Source: Promethearchaeota archaeon
Lineage (GTDB): Archaea > Asgardarchaeota > Lokiarchaeia > Sigyniarchaeales > SOKP01
Assembly: GCA_016839585.1 (NCBI GenBank)
Contig: JAEOTZ010000061.1
Location: forward strand, 1 to 55,088
DNA length: 55,088 nt
Direction of reading: 5' to 3'
The stretch's first letter is position 1. Every line of letters begins with the position of its first letter. Below the pieces are notes generated by a model. It worked only from the letters and a program-made list of their open reading frames with translations, had not been told where the DNA came from and did not search any database. Positions 10,505-20,310 of this stretch are shown one piece after another. The position numbers were made by a program, and so were the translations under genes.

Positions 10505-11773
10505 TTATCTTATTAATGTATTATGTTTCACATGTGAATTGAATGTGTCTAAATCAATAGGTAAATATCCAAATCCGGCTAATATTGGATTAAAGAAATC
10601 CTTTATCACTTTTGATGGAGTATTTCGAATTATTTCTTGACTATATATTTTTTCAATAGGTTCGAAGTATTTTTGTCGGAAACTAGATCCAACATGATAA
10701 TCTTTACAATGTTCAATTCCAATTGCTTTAAAAATAAACAGTAAATCTCCAGAATAGCTTACGTTATTATACAATTTAGAGATAAAATCAAGAAATCCCA
10801 TAAAATAATCTGCATTAATTTCTCTGTGAAAATCTTCTTGCTCATAAAAAATTCCCTTCTCAATTAACATTGCTGGATTTTCTTCGAATTGATATTTATC
10901 ATTAATCTCATTCTCTCTATAGAAATCCTTTAATTCAAACTCTTCAAGTATAACATAACTCAAATTATAGATTATAATTCCGTTTTCTTTAATAATACAA
11001 GAAGCAGGATGTCCCAAAAAGTATGGAAAGAAATAATCATTTACTCTAAAATCTTCCCCCCAACTAAGATTTGATCTGTTTATTACATTATTATTGAAAT
11101 TGGGAGTTTGAGGGACATTAAACATAATTAGATCATAAATCTCTTTTGTAATTTGAAACAGTTTCTCACCAAAACGGACAGGAGAGATAATTAATCGCAT
11201 CTCTAAATTATGCTTACCAATCAAATCAACGAACTCCTTTTCCACCTTATTGGTTGATTGATTTAGAGCCTTCCTATTTTTAGCTACTAAATCAAATGCT
11301 TGTTCAATTTCATATCTTTCCATTGGAGTTGACGTGAAATTTGTTCTCTTATAGAATTTATGTGAGCTCTTCTCAAAGTGAAGATATGGATATTTCTTTG
11401 GAATATAAATAACGAATACTTGGCCTTTCTTACCCGATATTTCGACATCAACAGGCCAAATCTTAATGTTTAATGGTGGATCTATATTATTGTGAGTAAT
11501 TTGATCAATTTTTTCTCTTATACTTTTTGATTCTAATGGATTAATTTCAACAGGTTTATGTTCCTCTTCTACAATACCGTAAATTACATTACCACCATCT
11601 GAATTAGCGAAAGAAGATAAGGTTTTAGCAATTTTTTCATTATCATTCAATTGTCTCTTATATTCAAGATGTATGCTTTCTTCTATTCCATTATTAATAA
11701 TTCCCAACAAATCTATTTCAGTAATACCGTTTTCTCCTAAGTTTTTTGGAATGAATAACATTTTTATTTTCAA
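10505..11773 (-). CDS. Schlafen/AlbA_2 domain protein
   Basis: EESIHLEYK, IAKTLSSFANSDGGNVIYGI and FYKRTNFTSTPM are typical AlbA_2 motifs. Unknown C-terminal domain. Confidence 0.85.
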   Translation of the reverse strand: MKIKMLFIPKNLGENGITEIDLLGIINNGIEESIHLEYKRQLNDNEKIAKTLSSFANSDGGNVIYGIVEEEHKPVEINPLESKSIREKIDQITHNNIDPPLNIKIWPVDVEISGKKGQVFVIYIPKKYPYLHFEKSSHKFYKRTNFTSTPMERYEIEQAFDLVAKNRKALNQSTNKVEKEFVDLIGKHNLEMRLIISPVRFGEKLFQITKEIYDLIMFNVPQTPNFNNNVINRSNLSWGEDFRVNDYFFPYFLGHPASCIIKENGIIIYNLSYVILEEFELKDFYRENEINDKYQFEENPAMLIEKGIFYEQEDFHREINADYFMGFLDFISKLYNNVSYSGDLLFIFKAIGIEHCKDYHVGSSFRQKYFEPIEKIYSQEIIRNTPSKVIKDFFNPILAGFGYLPIDLDTFNSHVKHNTLIR

Positions 11774-12046
11774 AAATTAAATTTTTTTGATTTTCTCTCT
11801 ATTTATCGCTTCTAATAATGATTATATTATTTAATAATGTTACATCTCTATAAAAATAGAAAGGGAGGATGAGTTCAAATTATAAATATTTAAGCTAGTT
11901 TTTTTTATTGTTTTTTACAATTGTATTTTTATCATGAAAAGATAATGCATTGAATACTGTAACTTTTTGCTAAATCCTTAGTTGTAGAAAATGTTATCCC
12001 TTTAAAAACGATAGATTAAAATATGTAAAACAAGAATAATGATTGT

Positions 12047-13012
12047 ATGAAATCTACAGATATTAAATTAAACAAAAAGAAAAAAATTGAAAAATTAATC
12101 AAACCTGGTGAAATAATAAATATTAATCTCTCCGATATTAGTCCTGAGGTTAAAGAAGAGGAATCTTTCAATTACCTTGAGTCCATTGTTTCATATGTTG
12201 ATATATTGGGCTTTTCTAGTAAAAAAGACCTAGATGATATAGAAACAACACTATTTGACTTTTCTTCACCTTTAGCCATTGCTTCAAAAAATGCTCCAAA
12301 TGTAAAATTTTATATTTTTAGTGATTGCGCTTTCATTGTTTCGAATATTGATTTTGCAGGTGATTTATTAGCATCTATTAGATATGCGTTTACTCAATGG
12401 ATCTCTGATGGTATTCTTGTAAGGGCAGGTATAGCAAAAGGTTCTTTTGGTGAAATGTTTACGTGGATACATTCCAAAAACAAACATGATTTCGGGAATA
12501 ATTTTGTATCTAGTCTTTTTTCAGGTACTGCTGTTGTTGAAGCTGTAAGGTTAGAGGAAAGTGGAAATGCCGCTCTACTCTTTTGTTCAGAAGAATGTGC
12601 TCAATTTTATCATTCTCATTATAATGAAAAAATATTAACTATAGAAAATAATAAATATGTTCTACCTTGGACATATACAGATAAAGCTTTAATTAGATTA
12701 GCAGCAATAACTTCACGTCGTTTAGTTAAATTTCTTTCTTGTAACGATGAGATATATGAACCAATTATTAATAAATTAAGAAATACTATGGTATTTTCGG
12801 TAAATTCAGCTGAAAAACCGATTTTACCATTTTCAATCATTTTAACAGTGTTAAATTTACCTGACACACCTGACACTATTCGTAAAGAAATTTACAAGTT
12901 TTTATCCATCAAAAATATTGATAATTATAAAGGATTAATACAGAATTGGCAAGAAACAGAATATTATAAAATAATGAAATATATTGCAGATTCTGATTCG
13001 AGTATTCCTTAA
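12047..13012 (+). CDS. Stand-alone class III nucleotidyl cyclase-like protein
   Basis: SYVDILGFS (first Asp), FSDCAFI (second Asp), LVRAGIAKG, GTAVVEAVRLEE and LFCSEE match the class III cyclase motif order. Confidence 0.65.
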   Translation: MKSTDIKLNKKKKIEKLIKPGEIININLSDISPEVKEEESFNYLESIVSYVDILGFSSKKDLDDIETTLFDFSSPLAIASKNAPNVKFYIFSDCAFIVSNIDFAGDLLASIRYAFTQWISDGILVRAGIAKGSFGEMFTWIHSKNKHDFGNNFVSSLFSGTAVVEAVRLEESGNAALLFCSEECAQFYHSHYNEKILTIENNKYVLPWTYTDKALIRLAAITSRRLVKFLSCNDEIYEPIINKLRNTMVFSVNSAEKPILPFSIILTVLNLPDTPDTIRKEIYKFLSIKNIDNYKGLIQNWQETEYYKIMKYIADSDSSIP

Positions 13013-13071
13013 ATTATATTTCAATTTTTCTAACAATAATAAATTAAGTCGTTTAGAAATTAGTGATTTGT

Positions 13072-14889
13072 TTAAGAAATTCTCCAACCCTTTCTTTTAT
13101 AATATTTCTTTAATTGTTTATTAATTTTATCATAAAATTTTTTCAAAGCTTCTTCAAATACCATTTCCTTCTTCTTTTCTAATATGAAAGGAAATAACAT
13201 TTCAGCAAATTTTGGCTTGGAAAAACTTGGGAAGTTAAATTCTTCATAATATTCAAATTCGAATTTCATAATTGTATCCTCAAAACCCTTTCTATTTTCT
13301 TTAGATTTTTGTAATTCCTCTTTTAATTGTTGACAATAATTATCTTGGAGATTTATATCATAAAATTCACAGTAATTTAAGTATGAAGTTATAACTTCAT
13401 CTATTGTAAAGTTTTCTGATACGAAATCAGGTTGGAAAAAATGATAGTTATCTTCATTGATTCCTCTTTTTCTTAAATTTTTTTCCTTTCTATGACGTTC
13501 AGCTTCAGAATCTGCATCTAAAAGAAGAAAATGTCTTTTATCCTTAAAATTTTGTATTGCTCTTGAAAAGGTGTAATCTGTTTTCTCTTTTCCTTTAATA
13601 TCAATAACATCTATTTTATCGAAATGACCTCGTCGACGAAAAAATAAAAAATATTCTTTCATTAGATAATATTCCGTCTCTCCTTCAACATAAATGATAA
13701 ATATTTTTTCAGCAAGTAAATCATAATCAATCAATAAACCTTGTCGATAAATATTTCGTTCTTTTTCTTCAGTGAACAAGAATTCGGGATGTAATTCTGC
13801 TTTTTTGACTTCATCAGTCTCTAAATACCATCTTACTACCTCCAGGGTTTCTCTAATCTGAAAAATATTTATATAATAATTAAGGAATCCCTTCAATTTT
13901 TCCTTTTTAAAGACATTTATCTGTGTTAATATATCAAACCAGGAGTCAAATCCTGAATAATCACCCATAAAGTAGATAATATCTTCTAAAAATGAATTTA
14001 TAATATCCTTGTCATCGGGATTAAAATATTCTAAAATGTTCTTAATCTTTTTTTTCTGGATTTTATAGTCTCTGTTATAGGCTTCTTCTATTTCATCATC
14101 TTTTAGAATACCACGCTTGATGACGATTCTTGGCTTTGGTGAAGTAGGATTATAGAAAGGAGGAGCAAAGATAGATTCAATTTTCAACCATAATTCTAAC
14201 TTTTTCGAATCCAACCATAAATATCGTTTTATATATGGAAGATTTTTTGATATAAATTTTTCTTCCTTAATTTTTTCCTCGATAAACTTTTCTTCGTCGA
14301 AATTTTCACCTTTTTCCTCAAAAGCTTTTCTTATACTTTTTATCCAAACATTATTTTCTATTTCAACCCAACATGGCCAAAAAAATTTAGAGAATTCTTC
14401 AACTGAAAATAATTTAGTTTTTGTTTTTTGAAGATAGTGAAAAATTGTTAATAATTGTAAAAATTGAATTGGATGGTAAAAATAAATGGATTCTTCTATA
14501 ACAAATAAGTTATTCTCAATCTCATGTTTAATTCTCTTAATTTCAAACCCTTTCTCTCTATCCTCCTCATTATCAACAAAGTAAATGAGATTTTCATTAT
14601 TTAATTCTTCCCATGAATTGAATTGGTAACTATTTGATAACAAATGCGAATTAAATAACCTTACATGGAATTTATGTTCTTTAGGAAATGTTAATTTGAA
14701 AAATGGAGTAATGATATTTTCTTTGAAGAGGTATTCTAAAAAAATCAAAAATTCATTGTAATCTCTTAACTCTTTACTAATATCAAGTTCTTTAAACCAT
14801 TTATATAAATCTTTAGGTTTGAATAATTTTCTTCTGAAGTATGGATTCAATTCTATAAATTTATTATAAAGATCACTATAATGTGTCAT
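13072..14889 (-). CDS. Protein with C-terminal OLD-like TOPRIM nuclease domain
   Basis: IIYVEGETE, VIDIKGK, LLLDADSE and SKPKFAE. The roughly 390-aa N-terminal region has no Walker A motif. Confidence 0.65.
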   Translation of the reverse strand: MTHYSDLYNKFIELNPYFRRKLFKPKDLYKWFKELDISKELRDYNEFLIFLEYLFKENIITPFFKLTFPKEHKFHVRLFNSHLLSNSYQFNSWEELNNENLIYFVDNEEDREKGFEIKRIKHEIENNLFVIEESIYFYHPIQFLQLLTIFHYLQKTKTKLFSVEEFSKFFWPCWVEIENNVWIKSIRKAFEEKGENFDEEKFIEEKIKEEKFISKNLPYIKRYLWLDSKKLELWLKIESIFAPPFYNPTSPKPRIVIKRGILKDDEIEEAYNRDYKIQKKKIKNILEYFNPDDKDIINSFLEDIIYFMGDYSGFDSWFDILTQINVFKKEKLKGFLNYYINIFQIRETLEVVRWYLETDEVKKAELHPEFLFTEEKERNIYRQGLLIDYDLLAEKIFIIYVEGETEYYLMKEYFLFFRRRGHFDKIDVIDIKGKEKTDYTFSRAIQNFKDKRHFLLLDADSEAERHRKEKNLRKRGINEDNYHFFQPDFVSENFTIDEVITSYLNYCEFYDINLQDNYCQQLKEELQKSKENRKGFEDTIMKFEFEYYEEFNFPSFSKPKFAEMLFPFILEKKKEMVFEEALKKFYDKINKQLKKYYKRKGWRIS

Positions 14890-14969
14890 AATTCTAAATA
14901 GGAAAGCTAACTATTTATTTAGATTATTTAAAATTTATTTAAAATTTAGATTTCCATTCCAAAGAGACA

Positions 14970-15242
14970 TATGTTACTTTAATGCAAGGAGTTGAAAAAT
15001 CTGCTAAATTGTCTAAAGAGATAAGAATGCATGTAAGACAAGAGATTGGTCCCGTTTTCCAGCCAGATGTGATTCAGTTCGCTGATGATTTGCCAAAGAC
15101 GCGAAGTGGCAAAATAATGCGTAGAATATTAAAAGCTATAGCTTCTGGAACAGAAATCGGAAACGTTACAACGTTAGCAGATCCTTCTGTTGTTGATAAG
15201 CTACTTGAAGAACGTAAAAAAATGGATATCGAAATAGGTTAA
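14970..15242 (+). pseudogene. acs: Orphan 3' end (about 90 aa) of acetyl-CoA synthetase
   Basis: [45 protein letters not shown] is the ACS C-terminal signature. The remaining roughly 550 codons are absent from the window. Confidence 0.9.
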
Positions 15243-15611
15243 TTTAAATTTCTTATATTTTTTTATTTTAAAAAGACCTTCATTTTGCCTTTTAACTGAT
15301 TTATATCTATATTGTAATATTCTGGTAGAATTGAACAATTTAATTTAAATTTCTGATTTTGTAATTTCAGATTTTCATTGTTAATTAGAATTATATCAAA
15401 AGAAAAAAGTTCCATTAAATATAATTCTACTCTGATTGGAGCAATCACTTTTGTGAATTTTTTGGAATTAATTATATTGTTTAAAATCACTATTTTTTAA
15501 ACCGTTATATAATTCTTATTCTGCAAATTAGATAAAAATAATAAGAATAATAATATATGATTATTAGAGAAGATTTTAATTCCATATTCATAACTGAAGA
15601 GAGTAAGGATT

Positions 15612-15839
15612 ATGAAAAGAGAATTTAATATCGTAATAGAACAAGATATCGATGATTTATATATCGCCAGTGTTCCTGAGTTACCTGGATGTCATACACA
15701 AGCAAAATCATTAGATGAATTACAAAAGCGAATTATTGAAGCCATTGAATTATACATTGAAGTAGATAAAAAAAAGCTGGAAAAACCCAATAAATTTGTG
15801 GGTATTCAGAAGGTGGAAATAACTTTTGAAGAAGTTTAA
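15612..15839 (+). CDS. hicB: HicB-family antitoxin
   Basis: YIASVPELPGCHTQAKSLDEL...IIEAIELY. Confidence 0.9.
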   Translation: MKREFNIVIEQDIDDLYIASVPELPGCHTQAKSLDELQKRIIEAIELYIEVDKKKLEKPNKFVGIQKVEITFEEV

Positions 15840-16053
15840 TCCAATAGCTCCAGAAAAATTAATTAGAATTCTCAAAAAACAAGGTTTCGAAGAAATAAGA
15901 CAAAAAGGTTCCCATAAATTATTTAGGGATGCTGAAGGTAGAACGACAGTAATTCCTTTTCATAAAGGTGAAAAAATTGGAAGAGGCTTATTATTAAAAA
16001 TAATAAAAGACACTGGAATGACACGTGAGGAATTCCTTTCACTTTTAAAATAA
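15826..16053 (+). CDS. hicA: HicA-family mRNA interferase toxin
   Basis: LKKQGFEEIRQKGSH...TVIPFHKGEKIGRGLL; overlaps hicB. Confidence 0.9.
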   Translation: MKKFNPIAPEKLIRILKKQGFEEIRQKGSHKLFRDAEGRTTVIPFHKGEKIGRGLLLKIIKDTGMTREEFLSLLK

Positions 16054-16190
16054 TTTTATTTTCATGAAATAACTCGTTTTAAAAGCCTTGCCTTAATTTT
16101 AGAAAACTGCACCTGAAATACTTATTATTATGAAAAAAATGTTATAGATATTAAAAAAGGAAAAAAGAAAAAGTTAAAAATAGTTATTAA

Positions 16191-17375
16191 TTAGATTTTA
16201 GCTTGTAATTTGGATTTACGGAAAATCCAATATTTTTCAAGAATGATTAAAGAAACTAAACTAATAATAGTAAATAGTAAATAAAAATTTCCTAAGGGAA
16301 TTATTCTACCTCCTATTACATTTTTTATACGCTGAGCGTAAATATCGTAATTTAATCCACTTCTACGATCGAACCATGTGATAATCGCACCTCCTTCTCC
16401 ATCAGTGCAAATTTGAGGCTCGAGTTGGTTACGGAGTGCTATACATATTTCCGTTCCATTAGCTGTCCATTGCACAGCTCCATTGGAATCAATATGTTGA
16501 GCGTAAATGTCACCATACGGATCCCTTCTATTATCGAACCATGTGATAATCGCACCACCTTTTCCATCGGTGCAAATTTGAGGATATCTTTGGGAAAGAT
16601 ATATATTACATATAATTGTGCCATTAGCTTCCCATTGCACATTTCCATTAGAATTAATATGTTGAGCGTAGATGTCGTAATTTAATCCATTTCTAAAATC
16701 GAACCATGTGATAATCGCACCACCTTTTCCATCGGTGCAAATTTGAGGGTCTTGTTGGTTATCATCTGCAGTACATATTGCTGTGCCATTAGCTGTCCAT
16801 CGGACAGCTCCATTGGAATCAATATGTTGAGCATAAATATCTGAGTAGGATCCATTTCTCTCATCCATCCATGTGATGATTGCACCTCCGTCTCCATCAG
16901 TGCAAATTTGAGGTTCATGTTGGTTATCAATTACTGTGCATATAGCCATACCATTATCCTCCCATTGCACATCTCCAGTGAAATCAATATGTTGAGCGTA
17001 AATATCACCATCAGAATCACTTCTCCGATCTCTCCATGTGATGATTGCACCACCTTTCCCATCAGTGCAAATTTGAGGGTCTTGTTGGTTATCATCTGCA
17101 GTACATATTGCTGTGCCATTAGCTGTCCATCGCACAGCTCCATTGGAATCAATATGTTGAGCGTAAATATCACCATACGGATCACTTCTCCGATCTCTCC
17201 ATGTGATAATCGCACCACCTTTTCCATCGGTGCAAATTTGAGGTTCTTGTTGGTCATCGATTGCCGTACATATTACCACACCGTTAGCTATCCATGCATT
17301 CGCATTATTAGTGATAAGTATTAGCGGAATTACCGATAATGTTAATACTAAACTATAGAACTTTTTTTCTTTCAA
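16191..17375 (-). CDS. Secreted, membrane-anchored six-repeat beta-propeller-like protein
   Basis: Signal peptide, six 55-aa repeats (ICTA..Q..PQICTDG.GGAIITW.D.R....DIYAQHI...G...W) and a C-terminal TM helix. Confidence 0.8.
   Translation of the reverse strand: MKEKKFYSLVLTLSVIPLILITNNANAWIANGVVICTAIDDQQEPQICTDGKGGAIITWRDRRSDPYGDIYAQHIDSNGAVRWTANGTAICTADDNQQDPQICTDGKGGAIITWRDRRSDSDGDIYAQHIDFTGDVQWEDNGMAICTVIDNQHEPQICTDGDGGAIITWMDERNGSYSDIYAQHIDSNGAVRWTANGTAICTADDNQQDPQICTDGKGGAIITWFDFRNGLNYDIYAQHINSNGNVQWEANGTIICNIYLSQRYPQICTDGKGGAIITWFDNRRDPYGDIYAQHIDSNGAVQWTANGTEICIALRNQLEPQICTDGEGGAIITWFDRRSGLNYDIYAQRIKNVIGGRIIPLGNFYLLFTIISLVSLIILEKYWIFRKSKLQAKI
16330..17290 (-). repeat. Intragenic tandem repeat, 6 x 165 nt
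   Basis: The motif CCATCRGTGCAAATTTGAGG recurs every 165 nt. 16741-16832 and 17071-17162 differ at one base. Confidence 0.9.
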
Positions 17376-17450
17376 TAAATTTTTCCTATTTAATGTAATT
17401 TTAAGTTTAATAAAATTTTAGGATCTGTATATTAACATAGATAAATTACT

Positions 17451-17741
17451 TTAAAAAAGTTCTTTTATCTCAAGCATCACGTCTTTATGGGGGTCCCTAT
17501 CATAGTTATCCCAAGCTCCATCTCCATCCGTATCGGGACTAATAGGGTTAGTTCCTTCGATGAAGATCTCTTTATAATCATTCCAGCCATCACCATCAGT
17601 ATCTTTATCGGCAGGTTCAGTTAACCATGCCTCTGTATCGGTTGAACTCGCTTCTATGAATGTATCAGTTTTTATATAAAATTCCATCACCAGAAATTTG
17701 TCCCTGTAATCCGTGCCTTGAATTTCAATATTTATACTCAA
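17451..17741 (-). pseudogene. Orphan fragment homologous to 54330-54599 of the giant surface protein (DxDGDG Ca-binding repeats)
   Basis: 79/90 aa identical to the giant ORF by manual alignment, in inverted orientation. No signal peptide or flanking domains. Confidence 0.85.
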
Positions 17742-17762
17742 AATCCTGAGAATGTTTATTAA

Positions 17763-17957
17763 TGTTATATTTATGGACTAAGTCCTGGAATATACTCATA
17801 TGTAGCCATAGCAAGAGATTACGCAAATAAGACTAATATCTTGTATAATGAAAAGTTTACTTTTAAAATAATCAAGGAATCAAAAGAAGAGGGTTTTTTA
17901 ATTTTTATATATTTCTCAATTATAGGTCTAATGGTGATTACTTCAATCACAATATAA
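17763..17957 (+). pseudogene. Remnant C-terminus of another surface protein (Ig-like strand plus TM anchor)
   Basis: Start-less open frame GLSPGIYSYVAIARDYANKTN...FLIFIYFSIIGLMVITSITI*. Confidence 0.45.
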
Positions 17958-17976
17958 AAATTAGTAAAGAAAAAAA

Positions 17977-18552
17977 TTAGTATAGATCAAAAATGATAAC
18001 TAATAATAAAGATATGATACCTCCAAACAAACTTAATAAAATAAAAATATCTCTTATGTAATGACTAATTGGTTTCTCATAATAATGTCTAATAGTTGAA
18101 TCCCAAAAATCCCGAGTGTTAATACCTAATATTTTGTCAATTTTTTTATATAATTCTCCTGATTTTATTTCTCCTGCTCGAAGACCTTTTCTTATATGCA
18201 ATTCAATATTTAGATTTTTTTCTATCATCCAAGCAATTTCATAGACATTTCGTCCATGGTTTTGATAGAGTGCATTTATTATTTTTTTTATTTTTTCTGT
18301 TTCTAAAGCTACTTTCAATTTCTTAATTTCTTCTGGATTTTCAATATATGGATGTTTTTTTATTTTTATGGGAAAATATATCCCATTAAAAAATATACTA
18401 ATTTCAAGACCACTAAAAAAAATAATAAAAGCAATATAGCTTATAATAGGTTTATTTAATAAATAAGCTGAAAAAATACCAATTATCATAAATATAAAGG
18501 ATATACTAATTATTAAGACAGGTAATTTTTCACTTTTAGTTAGTTTTATAAT
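17977..18552 (-). CDS. Hypothetical membrane protein, probable ATT start
   Basis: Track ORF (ATG 18489) starts mid-TM helix. The frame is open to ATT 18552, 6 nt after GGTGT. Confidence 0.6.
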   Translation of the reverse strand: MIKLTKSEKLPVLIISISFIFMIIGIFSAYLLNKPIISYIAFIIFFSGLEISIFFNGIYFPIKIKKHPYIENPEEIKKLKVALETEKIKKIINALYQNHGRNVYEIAWMIEKNLNIELHIRKGLRAGEIKSGELYKKIDKILGINTRDFWDSTIRHYYEKPISHYIRDIFILLSLFGGIISLLLVIIFDLY

Positions 18553-18718
18553 AGGTTTACACCTATGTATTTAAAAAGATATTCTTTTTCTATTGTATTT
18601 CAACCATTATTATTAAATATTCAGCTCAATTAATAATAATTTTCAATTCTTTGTTTAGAATTTTAAACACAAAATTTAAAACCAAAATTAGTATTAGAAC
18701 ACTCAAAAAACTTCTATT

Positions 18719-20185
18719 TTAATAATAGAATTTAAATTCGCGTCTTTCTAAATATCTCCAGAATTTTTTAAAAAATTCAGCTAGTTCTTTATCATCTTTC
18801 ATCAATCTTTTTAACTCGAACATTATTTCTTCATTTCCAAGTTTAATAATTGCGAATAGAGCAATTTCTCGTAATTTATCATCCTCTAAATTTTTCACAT
18901 TATTTAAGCAATAATTAATCATATCTTCCCTTTCTAAGTCTATAATGAGTTTTAATACCAGTTCCTTTTTTTCTTTCATGTTTGGATAATTCTCCCAACT
19001 TTCTTCTTGGGTTTTAAAGAATTTTAATATCTCTATAAACTTATTCTGAAATTTTTTCCATATATTTAACTTTTCAGGATTACTTATGAGAAATTCTCGT
19101 ATAAAATCTAGTTGCCAATTTTCACCATTATTTAAAGAATTTATTAACATATCTTCACTAAAGAGGTCTACCTTTTGTAATTCTTCTATTAAGTCATTAT
19201 CAACAAGTTGAAATTTATTTAGATATTCTATAATGAGATCCTTCCAATTATGAACATTTTCTTTCATTGCTATTATAGCCATAAGGATATCTTTTATTAA
19301 ATGGGGGTTTTCAGTTTCTTCTAACTTACTTAAAAGGAGTGATCTAAACTTTTCATTATTTTTATATGCTTCAGCAATTTGGTACAAATCTTTATAAGGA
19401 TAGACCAAATTGTTTAAAAATTCCAAAGTTTCTTCTTCAAGGTCAATTTTTAGCACAGCAGCGGTTTTTAAAATATCTTCTTCAAGCTTCTTAATCTTAA
19501 GAATCCCACTTTCATTTGAATCTTTAAATTTAGTTTTATATTTTTCATTATCTATTAAATATCTTCTAAATAAATCAGCTATAGACTCTTTTTCTTTCAA
19601 TATCATATTTTGACCTAAATTCTCAAAAGCCCTAATCATGTGAATTTTAAGGTTAATATCCTCTTGATTTAGGCTTTTAGCATGTTGTAGGATTAAAGGG
19701 ATGACTCGGGGGTCTTCAACTCGGGCTAAAACATTTTCCAATAATTCACCAATAACCTCATCAATTTTCCCTTTAAAAGATTGAACATATTCATACACTG
19801 GCTTAAATATGAGCGACGTATCCAATTCACACAGCCTTCTTATATGGTGTTCTCTTATTGATGATTGAATTTCACTTGAACCCCCAAAATATTTCATCTC
19901 ACTATTATCATTCAACAAATCAATAATTATTTTATGCAACCTGACTTCTTTCGCTTCATCTTCGATTTTTTCATCTTTTAAAATATAATATATGCCTAAA
20001 AAACCCCATGCTCTCAAGCGTGTTTCATCACTTTCAGCGAGCTCGAAAAATAAGTCTAAATCCTTCCTATCAGTTAATGACTTAAAAGTTTTGTTAAAAA
20101 CGGTGTTTAACTCTTCTTTTGGGCTTACTCCTAAAGGTAAATAACCCTTCCTTAGTTGTTTAATAATTTTTTCCTTATAAGACAT
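18719..20185 (-). CDS. HEAT/ARM-like helical repeat protein
   Basis: 488 aa, all-alpha; units such as SDETRLRAWGFLGI and EDDKLREIALFAIIKLG. Confidence 0.65.
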   Translation of the reverse strand: MSYKEKIIKQLRKGYLPLGVSPKEELNTVFNKTFKSLTDRKDLDLFFELAESDETRLRAWGFLGIYYILKDEKIEDEAKEVRLHKIIIDLLNDNSEMKYFGGSSEIQSSIREHHIRRLCELDTSLIFKPVYEYVQSFKGKIDEVIGELLENVLARVEDPRVIPLILQHAKSLNQEDINLKIHMIRAFENLGQNMILKEKESIADLFRRYLIDNEKYKTKFKDSNESGILKIKKLEEDILKTAAVLKIDLEEETLEFLNNLVYPYKDLYQIAEAYKNNEKFRSLLLSKLEETENPHLIKDILMAIIAMKENVHNWKDLIIEYLNKFQLVDNDLIEELQKVDLFSEDMLINSLNNGENWQLDFIREFLISNPEKLNIWKKFQNKFIEILKFFKTQEESWENYPNMKEKKELVLKLIIDLEREDMINYCLNNVKNLEDDKLREIALFAIIKLGNEEIMFELKRLMKDDKELAEFFKKFWRYLERREFKFYY

Positions 20186-20310
20186 GCTGTACTAATTCTA
20201 TTTGAAAATAAAAGTAAACTTTTTATAAAATATACTTTTGGAAAAAATATTAAATTTTTTATTATTAATAATATGCATATTTAAAAAAAGTAAAAGTAGG
20301 TAAGATTAAA

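Noticed and set aside
15263-15490. 75-aa minus-strand ORF between the acs remnant and hicB
   Set aside because: AT-rich low-information sequence with no support.
16330-17290. CRISPR-like periodic repeats
   Set aside because: The period is 165 nt, in frame within a protein, with no unique spacers and no cas genes.
17466-17735. DGR template/variable repeat pair with 54330-54599
   Set aside because: Mismatches are mostly synonymous third positions involving all four bases, not adenine-specific, and there is no reverse transcriptase in the window.
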